Notes under the pieces: generated by a model | Database searches by the model: none | Told to the model about the DNA's origin: nothing | What the model saw: the letters and a program-made list of their open reading frames with translations, nothing else | Translations under genes and position numbers: made by a program | Source: Candidatus Dojkabacteria bacterium | GTDB lineage: Bacteria; Patescibacteriota; Dojkabacteria; JAFGLO01 | Assembly: GCA_016927995.1 (NCBI GenBank) | Contig: JAFGLO010000004.1 | Coordinates: 955 to 64,954 of the forward strand | Direction: 5' to 3' | Length of the DNA: 64,000 nucleotides | Shown: positions 38,801 through 48,414 of the stretch, in pieces | How the letters are laid out: the number at the start of each line of letters is the position of its first letter | How positions within the stretch are numbered: position 1 is the stretch's first letter

Positions 38801-39376
38801 ATGACAACAATACTACCTCAAGCATTTTATCAAAAACCGGCGCTTGAACTTACCCCTATGATTCTTGGAAAATACCTAGTAAGAAAGACGGAAAAAGGTA
38901 TTCTCCCCGGTCAAATCACCGAAGTGGAAGCATATCCATCCTGGGTGGATAATGTTTCTCAGGGCAATAAACGTACACCTAGAACCGAGATTCTATACGC
39001 AGGCCCAGGCTTTACCTATATTTATCTTGTTTACGGTTTGTACTACATGTTGTGCGTGTCTACAAACAAAAAGGCTATTCCTGATTGCGTATTAATAAGA
39101 TCCGTTATTCCGGATGAAGGTGTCGAAATTATGAGAGAAAATTATGGAAGGGAAGTGCAAACTAATAGAGATTTAACGAATTCCCCGGGAAAACTCTGCA
39201 AATCATTTGGAATTTCCAAAGAATTATACGGTGAACCAGTTACTGGGAATAGAATATGGATCGAAGATAGGGGAGTAGTTGTTGATCATTCTAAAATTCA
39301 GAGTACACCACGAATAGGGATTAGTAAAAACCTTAAAGGTTGGGACTTGCCATATCGATTTGTTGTTGTTGATTAA
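38801..39376 (+). CDS. mpg: DNA-3-methyladenine glycosylase (Mpg/AAG family)
   Basis: MILGKYLVRK…GQITEVEAY……YAGPGFTYIYLVYGLYYMLCVS……VLIRSV……NSPGKLCKSFGI match AAG-family motifs. The ATG at 38801 is preferred; the longer track ORF would overlap the repeat. Confidence 0.8.
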   Translation: MTTILPQAFYQKPALELTPMILGKYLVRKTEKGILPGQITEVEAYPSWVDNVSQGNKRTPRTEILYAGPGFTYIYLVYGLYYMLCVSTNKKAIPDCVLIRSVIPDEGVEIMRENYGREVQTNRDLTNSPGKLCKSFGISKELYGEPVTGNRIWIEDRGVVVDHSKIQSTPRIGISKNLKGWDLPYRFVVVD

Positions 39377-39403
39377 TATTATCATTTAGTCTACATTATA
39401 TTC

Positions 39404-41314
39404 ATGATGAATAAGCCTGGAAAATTGCTTATAAAAATCATTCTGTTAGTGTTATCCAGTGCAATCATTGGGTTTTTAATATGGCTACTTACTTTTTCTC
39501 AGATAAAGTCTTTGCTAAGAAAAGATTCAAGTGACGTCTTAGGAGCCGGCAGTGGATCGACCTATTATGTTTCGACCGGCAGCTGTGTCGGTGCCGATTG
39601 TAGTTGTGCTAACGACAGTAACACCGGGTTATATCCCGATTGTTCTTCGGGTGCAGGCAACGGACCATTTGCAACAATTCAGCGTGCCGTAAATGTTGCA
39701 TCGTCCGACAAGTCAATTCAAATTCGTGGGGGTACATACAATCAGAGTGTCTCGATTAATAACAAATCGAATTTATCCATATCAAATTATAACGGCGAAA
39801 ACGTAATTATCAATGGGACCGGAATAAATTTTAACGATTGGGGATCATTAATTACTGTTGAGAATTCAAGCACAATTACCGTTAACGGAATAAGGACTCA
39901 GAACTCAACGTGGTTCGGTTTTTATTGTGCAAATAGTACTTCCGTAACCTTTTCAAATGGGTCTACCTACAATACAAAGTCTTCAGGAATTTATGCTCAA
40001 GATTGTGATCGGATCACCGTAAAAGGTATGGATGTAAATAGAGCTGTAAATGGTGGAAATCAAGAATGTATATCAATTGTTGAATGTACAAATTTTGAGG
40101 TTTCATATAACACTGTATATGGTGGAGTTGCTCAGGATGGCGGTGGTGAAGGGATTGATATTAAGCAGGGTTGCAAAAATGGATCAGTTCATCATAATCA
40201 CGTTTACGATATGACCGATGATGTACTTATTTATATTGATGCATATCATATATTGCAGGAAAACATTCGTGTTTATTCAAATTTTGTTAATTGTACTGCA
40301 GGAAAAGGTGAGATAGGTATTGCTACAGCCGCCGAGCAATCCGGCGGAGTATTAAAAGATGTATATATCTATAACAATATTGTAAGAAATTGTGACTATG
40401 GCGGTATTTCAATAACCGAATGGGATCCTCCCGGGGGATATGGCTATCATCAAAATATCTTTATTGTAAATAATACTGTTTACGGAAATGGGAGAGACTG
40501 GGGAGGGGGAATAGATGTTCGAACTGGACAAATTGTTTCCGGATCGACTGTTACTGTTCAGAACAATATTGCAAGTCAGAATTATGGATGGCAGATAGGC
40601 GTGAAAGACTCTATCGCAAGTAAAGTAGTTACGGGATACAACTTGATTGACGGATATAAAAACTACAAAGAGGACGGAAGGACTGAGGTGGCTCCAACTG
40701 GCACAAATTTTTCCGGATCACCGGCATTTATTAATGTCTCGACCGGGGATTTTCGTTTGCAGGGGACCTCCTCTGCACTTGATAGAGGATTAAATGTCTC
40801 GGCACTTGGTATAAGTAATGATTATGTAGGGACTTCACGGCCTCAAGGCAGTGCCTATGATGTAGGTGCTTACGAACTTATAGTCTCGACCCCGGTAGTT
40901 CCTCCTGAGAATACAGGCACTGACAGTGGGCCTACTATCGTACCCAATTCCCAACCTGATTCGCAAAACGGTGAATCTCCAACCGAGCAAAGTGACAATT
41001 CCTCTTCAGCTGAAATAGATTCATTAGATGGAGAAAATTCTTCCAACGATGACACAGAAGGTCAGCATAATCCAGAAAATGATTCCGTAAGTTCGACTGG
41101 AGCAGAAAAAAGTACTCTTCCGTTAACAGTATTGGGAAAAATACCGACTTCAATTGCGAAATATATTCCGGTTGGCTTATTCATTGCATTATGTGTTTTC
41201 TTATTTCAAGTTTTTGATATCAGTGGAGGATATAAGATAATCAAAAATTTTTTTGTAAATAGAGAACGGAAATTTGGATCCCAAGGTTCTAAAAAAGATT
41301 GGGACTGGAGCTGA
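39404..41314 (+). CDS. Secreted right-handed parallel β-helix repeat protein (pectate-lyase-fold, probable polysaccharide-active) with Ser/Asp-rich stalk and C-terminal TM anchor
   Basis: N-terminal signal anchor. Repeated Asn/Gly-rich β-helix rungs (…NGTGINFNDWGSLITVENSSTITVNGI…YCANSTSVTFSNGSTYNT…). C-terminal TM (IPVGLFIALCVFLFQVF). Confidence 0.55.
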   Translation: MMNKPGKLLIKIILLVLSSAIIGFLIWLLTFSQIKSLLRKDSSDVLGAGSGSTYYVSTGSCVGADCSCANDSNTGLYPDCSSGAGNGPFATIQRAVNVASSDKSIQIRGGTYNQSVSINNKSNLSISNYNGENVIINGTGINFNDWGSLITVENSSTITVNGIRTQNSTWFGFYCANSTSVTFSNGSTYNTKSSGIYAQDCDRITVKGMDVNRAVNGGNQECISIVECTNFEVSYNTVYGGVAQDGGGEGIDIKQGCKNGSVHHNHVYDMTDDVLIYIDAYHILQENIRVYSNFVNCTAGKGEIGIATAAEQSGGVLKDVYIYNNIVRNCDYGGISITEWDPPGGYGYHQNIFIVNNTVYGNGRDWGGGIDVRTGQIVSGSTVTVQNNIASQNYGWQIGVKDSIASKVVTGYNLIDGYKNYKEDGRTEVAPTGTNFSGSPAFINVSTGDFRLQGTSSALDRGLNVSALGISNDYVGTSRPQGSAYDVGAYELIVSTPVVPPENTGTDSGPTIVPNSQPDSQNGESPTEQSDNSSSAEIDSLDGENSSNDDTEGQHNPENDSVSSTGAEKSTLPLTVLGKIPTSIAKYIPVGLFIALCVFLFQVFDISGGYKIIKNFFVNRERKFGSQGSKKDWDWS

Positions 41315-41413
41315 GAAGTTTGTTAATCTTTCAACTGATTTATACTCCATTAACTATTTCTTAAAACTTGACACTCCCCTACTCCGGGTGTAATATCTAT
41401 TACACCCCTACGT

Positions 41414-42517
41414 GTGCAGGCTGCCACACAAATGAATCTTTACGACAAAATATCAATCCTTGGGCCATCGGCCAGGTACGATACTTGCGGACCAAAAGAT
41501 TTTGGCCAAACCACAGATATTCCTGGTGTCTACAATGCTAAGACATCTAATGGGAATGTGTGCCGATTGTTCAAAGTGTTACAAACTAACAATTGTCTTA
41601 ATAACTGTAACTACTGTGCCTTTCGGCGTGATAGAGACTCGGCACGAACCACTGCTTCACCCGACGAAATGGCAAAAGCATTTGAAAGTGCATATTCTCG
41701 CCGACTGGTTGACGGTTTATTTTTATCTTCGGGATTAGATAATCAACCCGATGCTACAATGGACAAAATGCTGGCAACAGCAAATATTCTAAGAAAGCAA
41801 TATAATTATCGTGGGTATATTCATTTAAAAGTTATGCCCGGAACCTCCTCTGCCGCACTTGATGCAACAATTGATATTGCCAACAGAATTTCTCTAAACA
41901 TTGAAGCTCCCACCGAAGAATCATTGGCTGTACTTTCTCCTAATAAGCGGCTTAAAAGTGGACTTTTGCATACACTAAGTCTAATCAAGTCTAAATTGAA
42001 GTCACGAAAGTTTAACGGTAAAAAGATACCAAGTTTAACAACACAATTTGTTGTAGGGGCAGGTATTGAAACTGATAAAGAGCTAGTAAAAGCCACAAAA
42101 TTTCTTTATGATAACTTTAAACTGCAACGAGTTTTTTATTCAGCGTTTCGACCTGTTTCAGGGACTCCTTTGGAAGATCATGAACCCGTATCGATAACTC
42201 GTGAGCATAGACTTTATCAGACCGATTTTCTTATGCGATTTTATAACTTTGCGCCGGTTGAAATACCCTTCGATAATTCGGGATTTTTAATGGACTCAAT
42301 TGATCCCAAGACATTATGGGCTAACTTACATCCCGAGGCTTTTCCCGTAAATTTAAACACGGCTACATACTTTGAGTTATTGCGTGTTCCCGGAATCGGG
42401 CCCCAAGCTGCCCAAAAGTTGGTCAAGATCAGGCGTGAATCGCCGATTAAATCGTTTTACTCTCTTCACGGGCTTCGACTTCAGATTGATAAAATGAGTC
42501 GGTGGGTAACTGTATAA
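41414..42517 (+). CDS. Radical SAM protein with C-terminal helix-hairpin-helix (putative DNA modification/repair radical SAM family)
   Basis: CLNNCNYCAFRRD (CxxxCxxC). C-terminal ELLRVPGIGPQAAQKLV HhH motif. The N-terminal KISILGPSARYDTCG resembles the uracil-DNA-glycosylase-associated radical SAM family. Assigned by eye. Confidence 0.5.
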   Translation: MQAATQMNLYDKISILGPSARYDTCGPKDFGQTTDIPGVYNAKTSNGNVCRLFKVLQTNNCLNNCNYCAFRRDRDSARTTASPDEMAKAFESAYSRRLVDGLFLSSGLDNQPDATMDKMLATANILRKQYNYRGYIHLKVMPGTSSAALDATIDIANRISLNIEAPTEESLAVLSPNKRLKSGLLHTLSLIKSKLKSRKFNGKKIPSLTTQFVVGAGIETDKELVKATKFLYDNFKLQRVFYSAFRPVSGTPLEDHEPVSITREHRLYQTDFLMRFYNFAPVEIPFDNSGFLMDSIDPKTLWANLHPEAFPVNLNTATYFELLRVPGIGPQAAQKLVKIRRESPIKSFYSLHGLRLQIDKMSRWVTV

Positions 42518-42735
42518 ATAGGGTTCGTGTAACAAGATATTTTACAGAGTAAAATTTTCCGGAAAACAGATTTGCAAATTGTTGACAATGATTATTAATA
42601 AGCCGACTCAAGGCTAAAGGTTATTTTAAGATTCTCATAGCTGTTAATGCTTGCTTTGTCCATTATTTCAGAAATTACTGGTCCAATGTTTAAAAGTTTT
42701 TCTTTCATTTTTTTTAAAATAAAGTTAATACAAAG

Positions 42736-43908
42736 TTATTTTAAATCTTCTTTTTGTTCTAATATTCTGATGAGTCGTTGGTTTAATTCCTGACTTGAGA
42801 CTAATGTGTTTAAATTGGCAATAAGATAGTTTTTAAGTGCGATCGTCTGATTTTTGGAAAGTGCGGTGACTAATATATCGCAACCATTGCCTAACATTTG
42901 TAATCCGGCCTCATCTATTGAAAGTCCGACGGCACCCATTTTAATATCGTCGGAGATAATAAGACCTTTAAATCCGAGTTCACCTCGTAAAATATCTTCC
43001 ATCCATACTTCTGAAAGGCTTGCCATTTTGGAATCGATCTGTGGATAAAGAAGATGTCCAATCATAATAAATGGAACATCGTGTTCAATTGCAGTAATAA
43101 ATGGAATTGCGTCAGATGAAAGCCATGTCTGTTTTGAAATATCGATTGTCGGCAGGAGTAAGTGACTGTCTGTTGTGGTTCTACCGTGACCCGGAAAATG
43201 CTTGGCGGTTGATAAAATATTGTTTTGATTGTAGGTATCAATTGTCACACCAACATGGGATGCAACCTTTTGCGGATCAGCTCCAAATGAGCGTTTTTGT
43301 ATTATTGAGTTTTCTAAGAAAGCAATATCGGCAACTGGAGCAAAGTTTGTATTTATACCTAAGAGCTTTAGATTATCTGCGATGCTTTGAGCGTTTGCAA
43401 TTGTTGTATTTGGGGTGTTAATGTTTCCAAGTTCCTCCTGTGAATATTGAGCCGGAGAAAAAGTTATTCGTTCAACAATTCCGCCCTCTTCATCCACAGC
43501 AATTATAAGTGGAGGAAGTCCTGCGTTTGCTGCCCAGGTCTGAAGATCCGCAGTTAGTTTTTGCGTTTGCGACATTGTCATGATGTTACTTTTAAAAAGT
43601 ATTACTCCTCCGGGTTTTACAGCATTTAAAAGGTTAATGGTGTCTTGAGTTAACGTGGTTCCTTCAATGGAAATAATTAATAGTTGTCCAATTCTTTCCT
43701 CATAGGTTAGTAGGTTGATTTCGTCAAAGTGAGAGTTAAAGTGGTTACTAAAGTTGCTAATAGTAATCGGGTCATCATTATATTTTGGTAGGGGTAAGAC
43801 ATTTGATATGTTGGGGCTTGTTAATCCGGTATATACAATTGTTCCGAATGCTAACAATAAGAAGAAAGGAATTACGAACTTAAGAACGTTAAGAAATTTT
43901 GGTTTCAC
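42736..43908 (-). CDS. Glycoside hydrolase family 3 N-terminal domain protein (β-N-acetylhexosaminidase NagZ-like), membrane-anchored
   Basis: KHFPGHGRTTTDSH…; …FKGLIISDDIKMGAV… are GH3 catalytic-region motifs. N-terminal TM. Confidence 0.75.
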   Translation of the reverse strand: MKPKFLNVLKFVIPFFLLLAFGTIVYTGLTSPNISNVLPLPKYNDDPITISNFSNHFNSHFDEINLLTYEERIGQLLIISIEGTTLTQDTINLLNAVKPGGVILFKSNIMTMSQTQKLTADLQTWAANAGLPPLIIAVDEEGGIVERITFSPAQYSQEELGNINTPNTTIANAQSIADNLKLLGINTNFAPVADIAFLENSIIQKRSFGADPQKVASHVGVTIDTYNQNNILSTAKHFPGHGRTTTDSHLLLPTIDISKQTWLSSDAIPFITAIEHDVPFIMIGHLLYPQIDSKMASLSEVWMEDILRGELGFKGLIISDDIKMGAVGLSIDEAGLQMLGNGCDILVTALSKNQTIALKNYLIANLNTLVSSQELNQRLIRILEQKEDLK

Positions 43909-44415
43909 TTATTTTAAGAGTTTAATTAATTCTTGGGAAAACCGAATTGCTGCTGTCGGTCCGTTTGCTGTTACTATTTTTCCGGATACAACAACGGGTT
44001 TATTTATAAATATGGCACCTTTACTTGTAAGAGCTTGTACTTCTCCAGGGAAAACAGTGGATTCTATACTGGTTAATATTCCTGCATTTGCAAGAATTAT
44101 TGGGGCAATGCATATTGCCCCAATAACTTTCCCAAGTTTATATGCAGTGGCAGCAATACTTAAAATTGTTGCATTGTTAAAATAGACTGTTGTGCCGCTA
44201 CCTCCTATAAAGACTACACAATCATATTTCGGGATGTGTACATCGGTGATACTTAAGTTTGGTTTTACCGACGAACCATCCATTGCCGTTGCCTGATCAG
44301 TTGTCGTGGATGCAATTTCTGTAATGTAACCGGCGTTTTTGAACGCATCTAGTGTGGTCGAAAATTCTAAGGGTTGGTATCCCTGAGGGGCAATAACTAA
44401 CAGTACATTTTTCAT
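43909..44415 (-). CDS. DJ-1/PfpI family protein
   Basis: MKNVLLVIAPQGYQPLEF…GKVIGAICIAPIILANAGIL contains the nucleophile-elbow Cys. The start is chosen at the internal Met (44415); the track ORF extends to 44475. Confidence 0.7.
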   Translation of the reverse strand: MKNVLLVIAPQGYQPLEFSTTLDAFKNAGYITEIASTTTDQATAMDGSSVKPNLSITDVHIPKYDCVVFIGGSGTTVYFNNATILSIAATAYKLGKVIGAICIAPIILANAGILTSIESTVFPGEVQALTSKGAIFINKPVVVSGKIVTANGPTAAIRFSQELIKLLK

Positions 44416-44468
44416 ATTACGATATTTTACGCAGAAATCTTCAATTAGTAAACTAGTTGTGCCAGGGC

Positions 44469-44497
44469 TTGACAAACTTGCAAAGCGGGTGTAAAGT
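44469..44497 (+). promoter_or_regulatory. Candidate lexA promoter (TTGACA-N17-TAAAGT) overlapped by the palindrome GGTGTAA-N6-TTACACC (44488-44507)
   Basis: A consensus -35 and a near-consensus -10 lie in the divergent intergenic region upstream of lexA. A 7-6-7 inverted repeat overlaps the -10 and is a plausible operator. Confidence 0.35.
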
Positions 44498-44688
44498 TAA
44501 TTACACCTTTGGGGTAAAACTTAACTAATTTTATTTTTGATATAGCCTGCTTACCCTCGGAAAGAGGATAAAAAAATTCGCCCAAAAGGTCACAAGCGGG
44601 AGGTAAGCTTTATTGGGAGCTGCCCTTACAGCAAGTTAATTTAATAATAAAGCTTCCTCCCGATACATATAAATTAATCTAAATCTTA

Positions 44689-45321
44689 ATGCCACAAAAA
44701 ATACTTACCGAAATACAAATGCAGATTTTAAACAGCATTAAAAGGTACGTTACCAGGTATGACATGGCTCCTTCGTTAAATGAGCTTCGCGAGGAGTTTG
44801 GATTTTCATCTAAACGTGCGGTGACTTACCAACTTTCTAGGCTTGAACAAATGGGTTATATAAAACGTTCCGGTGATGCTCGTGGTATTGTTGTTGTCGG
44901 TATGCAAAAGGGTAATTTTCTGCCTGTTCCAATTATGGGCTTTGCTAATGCAGGTAGTCCACTTGTAACTGCTCAGGATGAATACCTTGGTGAACTTATG
45001 ATTGACAAGCGGTTACTCTCATCCATAACAAATCTATTTGCGGTAGAAGTAAAAGGTGACTCAATGAACAAGCGCAAAATAGGTGCAGAATTTTTGGCTA
45101 ACGGTTCATATGCAGTTGTTTCAAAGGGCTCAAGCTTTACCAATAACGATGTTGTTGTTGCCATAATAGATAATGGTGTTACTGTAAAAACTGCAAGGAA
45201 AAAAGGATCAATACTCATACTTTTTCCGGAATCAAGTAATCCGGTTCATAAACCGATCTATATCCATGATGAAGAAGATGCCTTTGTTATTGGAAAAGTT
45301 GTTAGTGTATTAGCAGGTTAG
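44689..45321 (+). CDS. lexA: LexA repressor (S24 peptidase)
   Basis: N-terminal winged HTH (LNELREEFGFSSKRAVTYQLSRLEQMGYIKR). Cleavage-site region VAG, catalytic VKGDSM Ser and downstream Lys. Confidence 0.8.
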   Translation: MPQKILTEIQMQILNSIKRYVTRYDMAPSLNELREEFGFSSKRAVTYQLSRLEQMGYIKRSGDARGIVVVGMQKGNFLPVPIMGFANAGSPLVTAQDEYLGELMIDKRLLSSITNLFAVEVKGDSMNKRKIGAEFLANGSYAVVSKGSSFTNNDVVVAIIDNGVTVKTARKKGSILILFPESSNPVHKPIYIHDEEDAFVIGKVVSVLAG

Positions 45322-46076
45322 TCCAGTTGATTTATTGCTTTAAATGCAAGATATGCAAAGGGTGTAAGTAAACCATTTGCATATAGCTCTCTTATCTGAT
45401 CAACCGTAAATGGTTCCCAACCTTCCTGTGTCTGTTCATGCGGCTTGTAGTTGTCGGGATTCAGATATGTAATCCAAGTTAGACAAAGGTGGCTTCTAAT
45501 AACGTGTGTTCCACTTGAGTCAGTACCTCCATGTGTTACGAGAAATGTTCCCAAAGGTTGACTTTCAGAACACTGAGATTGGGTAAGTCTCATTTCTTCC
45601 TGGATTTCTCTGAGTCCTGCGATATCATCATAAAATCCATCATAATGACCACCGGGAATCTCGTATTTTCCGGCATGTGTACCGTTGGGTCTTTGTCTAA
45701 GATAGAAAGTAGATCCATGTTGGTAAATTGGTAATGATGCGCCTATAAGTATTGCAGGATGGTTTATCTGTATGGGAAGCGGAGTACTGCTAGTGTCTCT
45801 GGATGCGTAAAAAAAAATATTACAGCCAAAAGGGTTTGGTCCCAAAACGTACCGGGGTATATTATAACGAGTATGAGCAAGTGTTAACTGATGGGAAAGA
45901 AAATCATTTCGAGCGCAGGAACAAAGCGGATCATCCCTTCCAATTGAATTATCACGTGCAGTTTCTTGGTCTGTTCCAAGGATTGCTATAATGTCCAGTT
46001 CAGGAATGTATAATTCCCGACTGGAATCTAATTGCTCAATTGGAGGAGTTATTTTGGGATCATTCTCGGGAGACAA
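45318..46076 (-). CDS. Hypothetical protein with degenerate NUDIX-like motif
   Basis: …YEIPGGHYDGFYDDIAGLREIQEEMRL… partially matches the Nudix box (REUxEE). Confidence 0.3.
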   Translation of the reverse strand: MSPENDPKITPPIEQLDSSRELYIPELDIIAILGTDQETARDNSIGRDDPLCSCARNDFLSHQLTLAHTRYNIPRYVLGPNPFGCNIFFYASRDTSSTPLPIQINHPAILIGASLPIYQHGSTFYLRQRPNGTHAGKYEIPGGHYDGFYDDIAGLREIQEEMRLTQSQCSESQPLGTFLVTHGGTDSSGTHVIRSHLCLTWITYLNPDNYKPHEQTQEGWEPFTVDQIRELYANGLLTPFAYLAFKAINQLD

Positions 46077-46262
46077 GTTTAATAAAAAAATTTAAATTAC
46101 TGCCTAATTTAGCGATTGTATCAAAATAAATTAAATCTATGGTTAGTATTGTTAAATAACATTAACTGAATAACTGAAATTATACTTAACGGCAGCATAT
46201 TTATTTTGACAATAACGATATAATCGGTATACTGGAATAGTATTAAGTTAATTACGTTAATA

Positions 46263-47663
46263 ATGATAAAAACACTAAGATGGATTGTTTCATCACTTTT
46301 AATTTTGATTTTTCTTGTAGTAATCATTGTAGGGACACCAATGGTGTTGTTTTCTCAATATATTACCAACCCTCAGAATATAAAAGATCTTGTTTCTGAC
46401 AGTACACTATATAATAAGGCTCCGGACTTTTTTGTGGATATTATGAAGGATAAAGCTTCGGCAGATCCTTTCCTGCAGGACATACTAAACAATATCTCCG
46501 ATCCGGACAGTGAATCAAGGGAGATTTTTGACAAAGTCTTTAGTGAAGCCAAGCTTGCCGAGCTTGCAAACTCATCAATTGATCAAACCTATAACTTTCT
46601 TTCAGGAAAATCCCCCGACCTTGAGATTAATTTGCAACTTGTCGAGTCGAAAGATGATCTGATAAACATTTTTATTGACACATACAGAATAAAATCTGCA
46701 AGTCTACCCGTATGTACTGATACCAGTGTCGAAATTACGGCAAAAAATATCTATGAACAAAACTGTGTTCCGAGTGGATTTTCTTTTGATGAATTCGAAT
46801 TGGAGTTTAGAAATATGGTTGAAACGTCGAGTGATCTTCCGTTGCAAGATATTTTGGATTCAACAACTGTAAATACTGGGAAACTCCTTAGTAGTAACGA
46901 TGCATCAAGGGTTCAATTGATATTTAGTATTATTAACCAATTTTTAATTGGTTACATATTAGCGATTATTGTAATTGGACTTTTACTAATTCTTATGGTT
47001 CCTGGATTTAGAGTAGGCGTAATTGTTACCGGAATTGTAACCTTTTTAGGTGGGTCAGTTCTTTTTATATTAGGTACTTTAGCCCCATATAAAATTGTAA
47101 GAATTGTTGAAGTTGTAGGATTGGAAGGTTTTGGGTTTGTAGGGAAACTTCTGCCATATATTCAAAGTGTACTTAATAGTCTCTTAACTTGGTTTTATGG
47201 GCAATTTTCTACATGGGGTGTTTATTATATGATTGCCGGCGTGGTTCTTACCGGTATTGCAGTCTTAACTTCATTTTTGGGAAAAGGCAATGGAAAGAAG
47301 TCGCCCAAGCCGGGTGCTACCAATGATAACAGTCAAACCGTATTGCCTAGTGGTCCAACCTTTGAAAAAGAACCAACCAGTGTTAACACGGAAAAGGATA
47401 TAACCGAAGCTACCGACAATTCTTTACTTGATGATTGGAAAAAAGCATCAGATGCAAAATTAAAATCAGAAGATTCTTTAGCTAATGTAGTTGGCACCGA
47501 ATCAACAGATACGATTACAACTACTCAGACGACTACTGATAGCACAAATCCTGTTTCTCAACCCGTTGACACAAGTACTGTTATTGAATCCGAGCCAACA
47601 GAATCGATTACACCGACTGGACAAGGTGTGGTTACTGCAACTAACCCGCAGGACAGCAAATAG
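46263..47663 (+). CDS. Integral membrane hypothetical protein with Thr/Ser-rich C-terminal tail
   Basis: 466 aa. N-terminal TM, central TM cluster, C-terminal low-complexity T/S/P/Q-rich region. Confidence 0.45.
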   Translation: MIKTLRWIVSSLLILIFLVVIIVGTPMVLFSQYITNPQNIKDLVSDSTLYNKAPDFFVDIMKDKASADPFLQDILNNISDPDSESREIFDKVFSEAKLAELANSSIDQTYNFLSGKSPDLEINLQLVESKDDLINIFIDTYRIKSASLPVCTDTSVEITAKNIYEQNCVPSGFSFDEFELEFRNMVETSSDLPLQDILDSTTVNTGKLLSSNDASRVQLIFSIINQFLIGYILAIIVIGLLLILMVPGFRVGVIVTGIVTFLGGSVLFILGTLAPYKIVRIVEVVGLEGFGFVGKLLPYIQSVLNSLLTWFYGQFSTWGVYYMIAGVVLTGIAVLTSFLGKGNGKKSPKPGATNDNSQTVLPSGPTFEKEPTSVNTEKDITEATDNSLLDDWKKASDAKLKSEDSLANVVGTESTDTITTTQTTTDSTNPVSQPVDTSTVIESEPTESITPTGQGVVTATNPQDSK

Positions 47664-48332
47664 TTAGGTGCGGTCAAAGTGGGAGTCAATCTCGTCCGGA
47701 GTAATTTTCCAAAGGATTGGTCGTCCGTGCGGGCAGGAATACGGATTTTTGCATAGAAGGAGTTTTCGGACAAAGCTTTTTGCATCGGGATTGGTTATTT
47801 GCTGATTTGCCCTAAGTGATGTATGGCAGGCAAATGTTGCAATAATATCCTCATATTTATTTTTGACATAATTTTCGAGAACGTTTTGATCTTCTGTGAA
47901 AGCAATAAGCTCTTTTATTATTTCGGTTATATTACCGGACTTTAAGGTTTCCGGGACGGCTGTAATAATTAGGGTTTCGTTTGATAAATCTACTGTAAAT
48001 CCAATCTTTTGTAAAAGTGGTAAGACGCTCTCAACGATAATGGATTCGGGCTTAGTAAAAGAAAGCTTAATCGGCACGAGAAGTTTTTGACTTGTTGTAC
48101 TGTCTATGTGTTCGTATGCATTTAAAAGTTCCTCGAATCGGATTCGCTCTGCAGCGGCATGTTGGTCTATAACCCATAATTCGTCATCTTTCTCACATAT
48201 GATATATCGACTCATATACTGATGAATGTTTGTGAGTGGTATATCGTCTGAAGATTCTGTAGATTCCAAAAGTTGTTGGCTAAATGCAATTGCCTGGTTT
48301 ACAAGGTTTTTGTTGTGTTGGAATGTTTGCAT
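47664..48332 (-). pseudogene. mutL: mutL C-terminal fragment (dimerization/endonuclease domain), out of frame with the N-terminal fragment
   Basis: …VIDQHAAAERIRFEEL… and the C-terminal CPHGRP motif are typical of the MutL C-terminal domain. The frame is open upstream back to the A8 tract at 48436-48443. Confidence 0.75.
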
Positions 48333-48414
48333 AGATGAGCTTGCACTCAGTGGATTGTGGGTTGCAGGCTCAAGATCTCTTAATCTTGTTACACTACTTT
48401 CGGGCGAGGTCTCA

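Noticed and set aside
42598-42711. Minus-strand ~37-codon small ORF (MKEKLLNIGPVISEIMDKASINSYENLKITFSLESAY) in the convergent intergenic region
   Set aside because: Too short and without supporting RBS or conservation evidence available here. Left unannotated.
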